Assembly (NCBI GenBank): GCA_964252035.1
Contig: OZ176208.1
Length of the DNA stretch: 64,000 nucleotides
Reading direction: 5' to 3' (one strand)
From: Podarcis erhardii
Lineage: Eukaryota
Part shown: piece after piece, positions 34,009 through 46,215 of the stretch
Position numbering within the stretch: the stretch's first letter is position 1
Layout of the letters: each line of letters opens with the position of its first letter
Notes under the pieces: generated by a model
Seen by the model: only the letters and a program-made list of their open reading frames with translations
The model's database searches: none
What the model was told of the DNA's origin: nothing
Translations under genes and position numbers: made by a program

Positions 34009-36669
34009 TTTTTTTCCTTAAGATACTACATATGTGCTAATTCCTTCTAGCCACTGGGCATGAAATATGCTCTGTACATGCTCCAAGTAACTATTTTTAT
34101 TACTACTGAATATGTCCTTGGTGAAAGAACTCTGGCACTGGAAACAGGCTCTGGAGCTGAGCCTTGATGACTCTTGGCTCCAAGGAAAGCCTTGAGCCAG
34201 CAAAGCCATTGATGAATCAGGAGGTCTGAAGGAGAGGCTTATCAAGTCAAGGAAGAGGGGCATGATTTGATGAATAGCGAGGATGCACAGGATGTAGCAC
34301 CGAAGAACAGCGCGGAGCGTGTCTTTTTAATTAAGGAGATGCGTTGAGTCCAAAGCACATGTTCCTTGCCCATTGTTGTTTTGCCATCCAAAAGTCCTGT
34401 TGAGACTGGGGACACTGAAATGCTAGGAACAAAACGTCAAAAACAGAAAGACTGTATAGGGACAAGTCATACTGATCAGTATGGCACAGATCAGTATCTG
34501 ACCACTTTATCAAGGCAAGCTTCTTTGTCCCCAAGTAACCCTTTCTTGGCACTTGCCATTTTTCCTTCCTGTGAATTTCTGCAGAATTCCCCTTGATGGA
34601 TTTTCACTGCTCACTTCTCACTTCCTCTCCTGTAAGGTCCGATACAGCCTTCTCTCAACTTGCCAAAGGTCCAGGATATACGTTGGTTCACCTTTAAAAT
34701 AAACGAGCATTGCTGCTCTCAAAGCATTGCACGCATGATATTACTGGTTGGGCAACATGGAATTTGTGCATAAAGCACAGTTCTAAATGTTAAGGTGATG
34801 CTGGCTGCATGGAGCATGCTTATAAACATGTGGGCAATTATTAATTTGTGTAGAATATTATTAAATATATAAACATACACCCCAATGAAGTTGTAAGAGA
34901 AGGAACTAACAGGCACTGCTGCTTTCAAGGGGGCATTTAAGGGACATTTAAATTTAATGCCATTTTAGAGAACAGTCAGTTTTCTGCCTGTTCTAATCTG
35001 TCAGGCTACTTTTTACAATTCTACTGGGAAAAGTAAAACTAGCTTGTGTTTAGTCTGCATGTTCAGGTTAATTACCATCTGTTAAGAACATGCAACAGAG
35101 CCCAGTGATAAAAACTGGCAGGCTCTGTTCTCAGAGGTGCATGTTAATAATATTATTAATAAAACCCTGAGAAGACCGTCCTATTTATTTGCCAAATCCC
35201 AAATTTAAAGATGGTGTGATTCTTTTAAGCTGGTGCCTGGGTGAAAACGTGATTATCAATAACATTGCTGTTAGTCCATGGCAGAGCATTCAGCTTCAGG
35301 AATCTTGAGACATTTGGTCAAGAGATCACCAGCAGGCTCCTTAGGTGCAGCAAGGGGGAGACAATGGGATATGTAAATGGGGTGGTATCCTTTCACCTAA
35401 AAGCAACAGCAGTTTAGGTATAACTAAAGAGGATGTAAATATAATGTGGTGCTTTTACAAGTTTCGTTTTTGGAAGCTGATTATTGTAGTGTGTTCCTGC
35501 CTCATGTGATTTAATAATGCACCTCTAGGATGGAAATAATTCTGACACTGCTGTTGAAGTAAAAGTAAGTGGCCACATTATTCTGGCAAAGTTTAAAACA
35601 TGGGGAGGGGAGATACAACATGAACACTTGATGCACAAGACAGTGCCCAACATCTGAAAAACTGAAACAAAGAAGTCTCTGTAACTCAACCAGAAATCTA
35701 GAGATTACAAAAGGAAAGCAATAGCTCCCTCTGTTGTGTCCTTTCCCAAAGCACACGTACCTAATGGGGAAAGAGATGGAATGAGAGTATACAAGCCAAT
35801 ATACCATAAAATGAACATCAGAATCTCTGTGTTCATATGTTCAGAATAGAATTATATGGCTGTAGGCTTGCTTATTCCTTACTGTAAAGCTTGCATTCGG
35901 GGATAAATATTTATTTGCTTCTATATTAAAAATGACTTCAGAGATTAGTTTTTCCAAAGGAAAATAATCTGCACCCAGGAAAATTAGGAGTCAACCATAC
36001 TAATTGATATATTTATGTTGCAAAAATAATTGCACAGTTCAACATTACATTCAACTTTTATTCTCCTCTGCAAAGGTATCTTCATATACAAAAATGTTAT
36101 TGTGAAGCAGGGTTCTATGTTAATGTCTGTATGAATTAGATTGAAAGCCAAGATCTAGTGAGGAGTGTGAGATGCTCTTAAACTCTACTGAAACCCGAGT
36201 TTGTGAGAGCAGATGTTACATGAGATTTATTTGCAGATAAGGGTGGCTTCTTTCTCCCCGCCCCCAAAATAAACTCCATTTCTCTAAGAAGGCCTAAGCA
36301 TTTTGGAGAATAGGTGAAAAATCTGGATTCGACTAGGAGCCAGCAAGCAACCTGTGACTGCTGCTATATAAAAATAAAAGGCTAGCTCCAAAGAATGCTG
36401 TCCCTCACCCCCTTTGAATTTATGAAGACAGCTTGATGACCCTTGTTCTAATTCAAATCTGTGTTAAGAATGAACAGGAATGGGAAGTTATGATCAAAAC
36501 GTTATGGAGCTCTGGAGAAAACCTTTAATCCATCACTGCACTCTTAATTATGATAAAATGTCACTCAGGTGCCATCAAAACCTATAGCCTCATTATTGGC
36601 TCAAGATGACACATCAATCCATCTTCTAATAGGAGCCACCATGCCAAATAGTTCTAACAGATTAAAATC

Positions 36670-36837
36670 CAGGGGTGGGGTGGGGTGGGGAACCTATAGC
36701 CACCCAGATGTTGCTGGACTCTCTCATCAGTTGCTCTAGCAACTGGACTCTCTCATCAGTTGCTCTAGCAAATGATCAGGGATGAAGGGAGTTGGAATCC
36801 AACAACATCTGGAGGGATGCAGGTTTCCCCACCCCTG
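36670..36837. mobile_element. Palindromic squamate MITE (CAGGGGTGGGG...CCCCACCCCTG) with internal 29-bp tandem duplication
   Basis: Inverted termini and CAGATGTTG...CAACATCTG internal symmetry; no clear TSD. Confidence 0.65.
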
Positions 36838-36886
36838 GATTAGGTCATCAGCTACAATCACTGAGCCTAGTTGGTCTGGGCCACTT

Positions 36887-37229
36887 AAAGGTAAAGGGAC
36901 CCCTGACCATTAGGTCCAGTCGTGGCCAACTCTGGGGTTGCAGCGCTCATCTCGCTTTATTGGCCGAGGGAGCCGGCGTACAGCTTCCGGGTCATGTGGC
37001 CAGCATGACTAAGTCGCTTCTGGTGAACCAGTGCAGCACACAGAAACGTCGTTTACCTTTCCACTGGAGCGGTACCTATTTATCTACTTGCACTTTGACG
37101 TGCTTTTGAACTGCTAGGTTGGCGGGAGCAGGGACTGAGCAACGGGAGCTCACCCCATCGCAGGGATTCGAACCGCCGACCTTCTGATCAGCAAGTCCTA
37201 GGCTCTGTGGTTTAACCCACAACGCCACC
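36887..37229 (-). mobile_element. Sauria SINE
   Basis: Reverse complement of the family seen at 2553 and 61120. Confidence 0.9.
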
Positions 37230-38976
37230 AAACAGAGAAAGTCCCACGAAAGATTTCCCTTTACATTCTTCTGGGTTTCTTGTCTCCTGCACCAGCGTGG
37301 CAAAAACATCTCAATACTCTGTGCAGGAAGGTAAAACAGTACTGCACACAAAGGACATTCAGATGAGAGATTTCTGCATAAATGCCAAAGGGAAAGGAAG
37401 AGCCTGTCCTCCTTTCCACCTGAAAAGGAAAGCCGCCATATGGCCACTGGATTCAATGTACTACCTGACATGTTGACTCAGTGCATCAGTGCATTGCAGA
37501 CTGCTCCCTCTTGACCTCACTGCTGAGAGCTATGACTAACCTTTCCCATTCCTTTGTTCCTTTAGAAATACAGCACTCTGTCCTTAATTGCTCCTGTCTT
37601 TCTAGTAATAAATTATAACAATAGTCTCAAGGGACGTTAGGCTTGCTGGGATGTGTAACAGTGCTGATGTCACTAAGAGCTTTCCAGTGCATTCAGATGC
37701 ACCGGAATTACTATTAACTCCTTTGGTTCTGCACCAAACTGTTGAACTATTACTACAGAACTGGTTACGATGGCAAAACAAAAAGCTGCATTATATCCCC
37801 ATGATACAATACTTCTAAAATGTTGTGAATCTTGAAGCATACAGCGCAATATTTCACAGCATGTGCTAAAATCAAAGCCAATTATTGGTTTACATAGCAA
37901 GCATACCATCTGCTGTTGTACGCATTTACTTTGAGTTCAGTGGGTCTCACTGCCTGGTAAATATGCATGACATCTTGCCTTAATTGTTCAGCTGCAATTA
38001 ATATAAGCCCTGAAAAGATATTGTATCAGGGAAAATGTTTAGAAGGGGTCAGAGTTGTCTGCTCAGCAACTCTAGAAATAGGTCACAAGTTGCATGGTTT
38101 GAATGTGAACTGACCCATACATCTTTGCTGGGTACAGAAACTACAAACTCCTTTTAAAAAAGACAGATTAATGTGCGAGTGTAATCTCAACCCCCTTCCC
38201 CATTCCATTCTTTCATTAACTGCCCAAGGCTACCTTAGTTAGTTTCCGGTTTTTATTTTTTTCAAAATCCATGCCACTTGTTTGCATTTCTATGTATCAT
38301 AGCCAATGTGTCACTGCCAATGGAACACATGGCCACTAATACCGTATTATACAGATGCGTAACTTTTTTCCGTGGCTTTCAATTCACTATTTCTATAGCA
38401 CTTTAATGCCCCAAAGTGGCCTATGTTCCAGCTTGCTTGTCATCCCAACCACCTTTTAAGCAACAGCAAACTGAGGCACAGTGACACAACTATTTCTAGT
38501 GCCTTTGCATCTAAGCATCAGTTTTGAGCTCATATTGCCCAAGCCCTTTAGCTTCTAGACAAACTCTGGGTATGTGTGCAACACTTGTTTTACATTTCTG
38601 CTCTCTAGTCCTCTCATTTTATCTAAAGTCAGCCCAAGATGACTTTGGCCAGCTGACATTCATCGTTTTTCTTATTTTGTTGACTGAAGAACTTGCAAGC
38701 ATCCCTGGATGCACACAGCTCCACGCAGGCCAGAATTATAAGGCGTCTTCCCCCAAGGAAAACAAATGGGATGTTAAGTTCCCTGTTGTCCTGAGCACAC
38801 TCAGCCCAAGGAGGACAAATGGCTGGTAGTTTTATTCTTTACTGACAAAGCATGAGCTTACATTAGCTCCAATGGGGCACAGAACACACACATGCTTCTG
38901 GTGACTAAGTATCAGGCAAAAATGCTGAGAAAATAAGATAATGGCATTTTTAGAAGGCAGTATGGTCACCTGTAAA

Positions 38977-39057
38977 GGGACGCGGGTGGCGCTGTGGGTT
39001 AAACCACAGAGCCTAGGATTTGCCGATCAGAAGGTTGGCGGTTCAAATCCCTGCGAC
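38977..39057 (+). mobile_element. Sauria SINE 5' head only (tRNA-like region)
   Basis: Matches the first ~80 nt of full copies and stops just after the B-box. Confidence 0.85.
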
Positions 39058-40678
39058 CAACATCAGAGGAGATTCCCAAGGAATCTGTATTTTGTGAACT
39101 GGGAAATGCAGCTGTTGTTGAAAGCCTTATCTCAGAGTTAAAGGCAAGGCTATTATAGAGTGGCTAGGTTTAGCTGCATATACATTTGTGGACAGGTGCA
39201 GGGGAGGAAAAGGCACTACTGAAGAGATGGCAAAGGGTGGTTAACTTACCCTGGAACTTTTTGTACCTGAAGCACAGCAGTTTCATCTGAACATCTGAAG
39301 ATGATAAGGGCTATGAGGCCCCATTTCAGGCAACATGGTGCTGTATAACAGTGGCTGTGAAAGGTTCACATTTTAAAATATTTTAAACAATTCCCTATAA
39401 CCCTTAAATCAGTACCATGTGGTACATTACACATTAGGATTTGACAGAGATGGCTACAAATAATGTCCTTACCTTCACCCCAATAGATTGTGCTATGTTT
39501 GGAGGGAAGAATTTCGATCTTTTCACCCACTGAAAACCTACAAGTCCACAAAATCATCTTCATACTCGAGACATCTTAACATTTGGTTAGTTTCTTCACT
39601 AGTGAATTATTCCAGACATAGTTCTACAATTCTTTTTTTCTTAAATCCAGTGCTTTGCTATTATTTGTCTTGCTGCTACCAATAAAAAGATTAACATTTT
39701 TGTATAGTATAGGTTTGTTTGTTAACCAATTTGCTACATTTCACCCACAAGTTATCCCCCCAAAACTTGAATCTTTGGACAACCCCACCACATATGGTAG
39801 TATATTCCCAAAGCAATATGGTTCTTTCTCCAGCACTCAGTGCAGATTACAGTCGTTAAGCCTATTTGATAAATGTTCTTTTCCCGCTATTAAGATTTTA
39901 GCCTGGTTGTGAGGTATGGAAGTCAGATAAAATAGAAGCAATTGTTGTTGGCTGAAATTGTTCATTCTCACTGAAGGTTCCTTTTCCTGTAAATGTATTG
40001 CTTAAAATGAGGCCTACAAAAGGAACACAATATTTATATTCTGGCTGCAAACATATTGCAGGCATAAAATGTGAATTTTTCATTGTTGCTTCTTCCATCT
40101 TCTGAAACAAAGTATTGTGCCGGCAGTGTTACTACTGACTGTACATTTCCCTTCGCTCAAATTTTCCAGATAATGAAGAATCAAAAGGAGCTGCCTTTTC
40201 TAAGCAATCCTCTGGGGCAGCTATGTGGAAACACTGAAATGTTTGACTGTTAACAAATCAACTGAATGCTGGTAATTTAACCAGAAATGCCTTTGAGTTC
40301 TAATTAACATCGCTTAAAATGCACCATTACAAATATTATCAGCATCTGTTTCAGCTGGACACAATCTCATTTTCACAGATAGTGGCTATTTCACACAGAC
40401 ACTTCTAAGTGACAACATTAACCGATTTAGGAAAAATATTTGAATTGAAACAAGCTCTGTATAGGCAAAGGCAAATGCAGCTGTTTAGGTGAATAAGGGA
40501 AGCAGATGTGAATCTGCCTGCTTAATTCTGACATGCAACCATGTGTGGGCCTTTTTTTCTTTACACAGAAAGGAAGATAAACATCGCCAGTAGATGTCGT
40601 TCTAAAGCTATGAGTGTTCTCTTGTTAAAAGAAGCATTGCCATGTAGAATTGCTTCTCCTACCCACACACCTATACAG

Positions 40679-40679
<1 letters not shown>

Positions 40680-40725
<46 letters not shown>

Positions 40726-40735
40726 TACATACACA
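40680..40735. repeat. (AC)n microsatellite
   Basis: Read directly. Confidence 0.9.
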
Positions 40736-41078
40736 AAAGGCAAAGCAGCAACTTCCTCCCCAATTAAATCAGATACAACATATACAAGTTCTTTGATGTG
40801 AATTTGCAATGCTTTTCTTTTATAAAACACAGTTAGGGGAAGACCAAAGTGGCAAGTAGGGAGGGGGAGTTTAACCTACCCATTGGAAATCCCTCCTACA
40901 AAGCTATTTGGTCCAACCAGCAAAATGAACAAGCACAACCCTGTGTGCCTGTAAGTTTTTACTCCTGTTTTGCTGCTTAGCCCTAAATCACAGATGTCCA
41001 ATAGTAAGTACATCTCTAAAGAATGAAGATGACCAGAGTAATTAAATTAACTTCAAATGCTGAATTGTATATACAGAT

Positions 41079-41089
41079 TTTATTTTATT
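41079..41089 (-). terminator. Candidate SLAIN2 polyadenylation signals (tandem AATAAA), implying a ~3-kb 3'UTR
   Basis: Plus-strand tttattttatt. Another tttatt lies near 41154. Not transcript-supported. Confidence 0.45.
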
Positions 41090-44089
41090 TTTTAAAAAGA
41101 GTCAAAGAATGCTGTGGTAAGAATATTTATATTTTTTCCATTTTTTAAACTTTTTTATTAACACTTACAAAAACATTCAAACACTGAGAAAAAAATTAAA
41201 TAACTTTGGAAGCAGAACTCCTTTCTTTTCTGCCTACATACATACAACAATTCTGAGCTGTTGGCACTAAAAATAATCCACATTCATAAAACCCTTACTA
41301 CTATTATCAAACATAAATTAAGAAAATCATAGGCACTAGTTTATCAAATTCATGTTTCCACACTTCTTCAATATACCCAAACCTCTAAACACATAAAGCC
41401 CTAGGATGTCCTGGTAATCAAATAAACTGGTAATGCACAAAATCTCCCCTAGTAAACTGGCAGTTTTCTTCTTTCAGGAATTTGTATTTGCTGGATTTTT
41501 ATTACGATGTAGCAGCAGGATGTTTCCAGAACTTAATACACCTTCAAAATGATTGAACAGCTGAGTTTGATTTTTAAAAAGTGGTTTATAAAATAAGGCG
41601 ATGCACCTTGGTTAAAAAGGTAACATCTGAATTTCTGAACAACATAAAAATAAACATTTTCCTAATAAAAGCACAAATTAGAATTTCCTCACTTCTGAAG
41701 ATTGCAACATCTACTTCATTAGAGCCAAGTTTGAAAAATGAAGCCCGATAAGTTTTACCTAAAATATTTTGGTACCTCGCTTTTTTTTTTTGCTCAACAT
41801 CACATGTGTTGGATTAACAGTACAACACTATTAATCCTGCCTCAGGTTTCCCACAGGTTATTGGCTACTTTGATTTCGGAAGACACACTAGATTAGTAGA
41901 TTTCATCCAGGCAGACTTTTATCTGGATGTAAAGATCAGGGGAAGTATTTTTTAATTACAATGAATTCCCACACTGTGCTTATGATTCGCAGTGCGTATC
42001 ATTCCACCATATAAAAAAAGTAGCATTGGAAAGAACTGTGAATAAATCTATTTAGAAGACCTGTTTAAACCGAGAATCGGAAAGAATGCCCAGTCTTTTT
42101 GGGTACTTGGACCTGTTCATAAACCTTTCTTCCCATAATGTGTCTTTAGAAATCAGCATCCTAAAAATTCCTGCAGTAAGAATCCCGTGACTTAAACATG
42201 GCAAAATGAAGGGCCTCTTGTTTAACCAATAAAGACTGCCCGCGGATTGCGAAACTGCTGGATCAGAGATCTGGTCCTAGTCTGTCTTGTTCACTTATCT
42301 AATTCAAGTAAAAGTTGCATGGCTTATAATCCACTAAGCTAATAAAACTAAAAATCCGAGGACTGTGAAATTCTAGGATGAATTACTATTTGCTGCAAAA
42401 TTCAAAACACACATATTATGAGGCAGGCATGAATGAGGTTAAAAGGCAACCTACCACACATTCCAACAGAGCCTGTTGGATTCTTCAGTCATTACATAAA
42501 AAGTATCCTGGCTGCCTTGTTTTAACAAGTACTTCATGAGTGCTGCAGACTCATAGCGGATGTCATACTGAGAGACTGCCCCATCCATAGAGACATTTAC
42601 AACGGACCTGCTCCCAACTTGCTGTTTTCACATCTTCAGTCATTCAACGCAGCAAAAAACAAAAACATTTTTTTTTAAGGTATGTATGTGTGTGAAGGGA
42701 GGGAAATAGGGTGTCAATAGCAGCAGGGTTTTGTTTTGTATTTTAACTGAGCAGGGAACCCTGCAAACAAGTAAAAATAGTGATAAGTATTGGTTAGTCT
42801 GACAGCCACTAGAGGAACTAAATATCTTGTAAACATATATGGCTGGGTTGTTTTTTTTCATTTTCGTTTTTTAAACTCTTACCAACAATGTAAAATACAG
42901 GTGTAAGGCAAAGTACATAGTTAAAATACTAACATGGGCAATAACTTCGGAAGAAGTATTTACAATTAAACACAAATTAGTTTAGGAAGCTAATCATTTT
43001 TTTTTCTTTAAAAAAAGATAAAGAAAACTCCCTCATACCATGAAACATTACCAACATGAATATAATCATTTGGTATCAACAGTACAACTCATTTCCTTAG
43101 TATCTCTAGGGCGTAAGTGCATAGTCATGTTTTCTTTATGTTAACTCTACGCATGTTCAGTTGAGTTCCAGGCTGTAAGCACTGAGGTGTGATTTTAATG
43201 GACAATTTCTCCCTTTTCAAGGAAATTTCATCTGAAAAAGGACTTCTCAAAATTGTGTGAGCTGTGTTTTTCAAAATGTCGTTTGCGATAGCAAAGGCCA
43301 TCTTCCTGAGCCAGGAACTGCTAAATTTAGAAAGATTGTACAGTTGATACTAAGCCCTTTTGGCAATCCAAATGAAACAACACAAAACCAGTTTGGGTCA
43401 AGAAATCAACATAAGAAGATGCAACCTATCCAACCCAGATATATGAGGTCTGCTGCATCTAGACTGCTCAAAAAGATAAAAACAATGACATGGCTTCCCT
43501 ACCACTCCCAAATGAGACTCCAGATAAAGTGGTTCTGCTGTGACTCAGCAATTTCTCCCTTCAAATCTTCCACAATTGTTTAAAAGGATTTCACTACCAC
43601 AGTAGCACTTGGCAAGCCGTTTCCCCCCCTTTGATTAATATGTTAATGTTTACATACTACAGCTCCAGAAAATTATTTTCCTTAAATCAAATCAAGTCAC
43701 ATATGGATGTTTTAGATTTTATTTTTAATTTTATTTTTACGATTTTACATGCTGTTTTTCAGGATAGATGTTTCTTTGGCATTGTGTTAGGTGTTTGCCC
43801 AGATGTTGACCACTGTATCCATGAGAGCATTTATAACAATTTTTAGGTAGCAGAGGAGAGAAAGCTCCGGAGGTGAAAAGTGATTCATGTAAAAGTGATT
43901 TGAGTGATCACCAAGTATCTGATGTTAATGTCATTAAAGTGCTGCTTTATAATCTCTGCCAGCTTGTGCTAATTAAGGACAGAGGTCTGGGGATTTGCAA
44001 ACCCCCAAAGTCTTATCTGATCAGTCTGCATATTGATCTGTCATTTAGCCTGGGGAAGGAGTACCTACTGAACAATGTTGCTTTGCACT

Positions 44090-44156
44090 TCAGTAGCAGC
44101 CGTCCTTCCAACTCTCATCTTTCACATTGCTATAGGTTTTGGGAGCTGGCAATGTT
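44090..44156 (-). CDS. SLAIN2: SLAIN2 last coding exon, (R)[21 protein letters not shown]-stop
   Basis: gtgtttcag|A ACA TTG...TAC TGA. Diagnostic SLAIN C-terminus WKDGCY. Missed by the ORF track. Confidence 0.96.
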
Positions 44157-44859
44157 CTGAAACACAAAAATACATTCCCACAAAAGTCTTAGACCATAAT
44201 ATACAAGTGCAACTGCTTCTTTAAAATTACAGTTCACTGAATGTATTAGCACCAACTATTGTTCATTTTAAGAAGTTATCCCCAATATTAGATTAACTTT
44301 TAACAACATACACTTAGAGTAACTAACAGACAACATTAACATTTAAACAGTTTTAGCATTTCAGATACACCCGGCTGGCTGCTATTGGGAACAGATACTG
44401 GACTAGATAAGACCTTAGCCTGATCCAGGAAAGCAATTATCATAAATACTGTCTGATCTTTTTTTCATTTCACTTTGTTTAGGCAGGTCAGGTTTCAGAA
44501 AAGACTGCTCCAATTGTTTTCTCTAAAATTTAACCTAGTACCAAAATCAATCCAAACTGACCCACCCACAAATAGAATATTCTACTGGGGCTTTTGTGCT
44601 GTGCAAGCTATCTTGAAATGAACAAGAACTGCATTAAAACATGAGAGTTCCAAAGGAGTGGCTTCTGGTGAGCTGTGCCCAGTGAAAATAACAAAGTGTA
44701 AGCTTGGCTGTACCTCTGTGTTGAAGTTAATTGTGGCAACAGCAACCTCTTTAGCTCAAAAGCCACTTATATTCAACTGAGAGAGAAGAAGTAAATGCTT
44801 GGTGTTAATACTGAACACAGTGAGGGCTAGCAAATGGGAACTGCAACAGCTCTCTGTCT

Positions 44860-45125
44860 GTGGAATGCTCTCCCTAGGGAAGTTTGCCTGGTGCTTTCAT
44901 TTATACACCTTTAGGTACCAAGCAAAAACATTCCTTTTTAACCAGGGCTTTGGTTGACCTGATCAACATCCCAGACCCTTTAAAAATGTGGCCCTTTTGG
45001 GGGGAGGTATTAGTGCGTTATTGCTTTTATTTTAATTTTATATACTGTGATCTTTTTATGTGAACCGCCCTGAGACCTAGGGTATAGGGCGGTATATAAA
45101 TTCTATTAATAAACAACAACAACTA
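44860..45125 (+). mobile_element. L2-type LINE 3' end
   Basis: GGAATGCTCTCCC...GTGAACCGCCCTGAG...GGGCGGTATATAAAT with an (AAC)n tail. Confidence 0.6.
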
Positions 45126-45339
45126 CTACGTGAAACAGAGGGTTTTCTGATCAAAAGCAAAAGGCTTTAGTTTGGATGTTCATCCAACATTTAAAGTGGC
45201 TGAACTCCCACGGAAAAGGCAGGATTCACAGTTTGCAGATAGGGTGGTCTTCAACCCAGTCTTATATCTGGATTTTAGGGCCTTAGCCTTCCTTTATACA
45301 ATTAAGATGGGTGCACCAGCTGAGCTGCGTGCCTCTCTG

Positions 45340-45610
45340 AAACCACCTGATGTTGCTACAGTGATCCCTTCCTTAGTCATCTCTTATCTTGAGGTAGGGC
45401 TGCCTTTGAAAACATTTTGGGAAGTTCGACAAGTTCAGAAGGCTGCAACCGGGCTTCTTATGGGAGTGAAATCTAATGCTCATATACCTCCCCTTTTGTA
45501 TCACCCACATTGGCTGCCAATTCTCTTAGATTGCGAGTGCAATTCAAAGTGACGGTTTTGTCCTATAAAGCTCTAAATGGCTTGCAACCAGGTTACCTGA
45601 AAGATGCCTT
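45340..45610 (+). mobile_element. Degraded L2-type LINE ORF2 C-terminal fragment
   Basis: GLPLKT...QVQKAA..LLMG...HI.PLL..HWLP...QFKV.VL.YKALNGL motif. Confidence 0.7.
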
Positions 45611-45899
45611 TCCCTGGTTTTCCATAGCCCAACCCACTTCAGCCAGCATTCTGTGACCATTGAGTACCCTCATTCTCAGTCTTTAGGTCCTGTACCCTGA
45701 CCCCCCCCCCAACACTCTGCAAATACCTCTGTCTTGTGGGTCAGTGGTGCCTTTCTGACTACATAAAAAGCACTATGAGAACTGGGATTGCTATTAATGC
45801 ACAGCACAAATGATACACTATTGGAGTTCGAGACATGCAAGCACTTCTACGGAAGACTGCTTCTGAAGTTTGAAACCTTAAAATGAAAGCAAGACTCAC

Positions 45900-46215
45900 C
45901 TGCGAACAGGCTGTGCAAGTTTGCTACGAGGCACTGGTATGCCCCCAGCGGAGGGGGCACTAGGTCTTGGCAAACCACTCCTCATCCCTGTTGTCCCTGC
46001 GGGTCTTGTAAGCGTAGCACTGTTGATGCTGCTGGCTGGGCTTGGAGAGACTGAATTGGGAGCTGCTAAAGGCCCTGGTGAAGAGCTGCTATGTGAAAGC
46101 TGGACAGCTTCTGGAACAGCAGAGCTAGGTCCATGGTTACTAAACGCTTTTACCGGCTGTCTCAGAGCCAGAGGAGATGGTGCTGCTGGGGACCGGAATT
46201 TACTGGGAGAAGGAA
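45900..46215 (-). CDS. SLAIN2: SLAIN2 coding exon, (I/V)[28 protein letters not shown]...[26 protein letters not shown](R)
   Basis: attttccag|TTCC...CGCAG|gtgagt, 316 nt, phase 1/2. Contains SxIP-like motifs. Confidence 0.95.
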
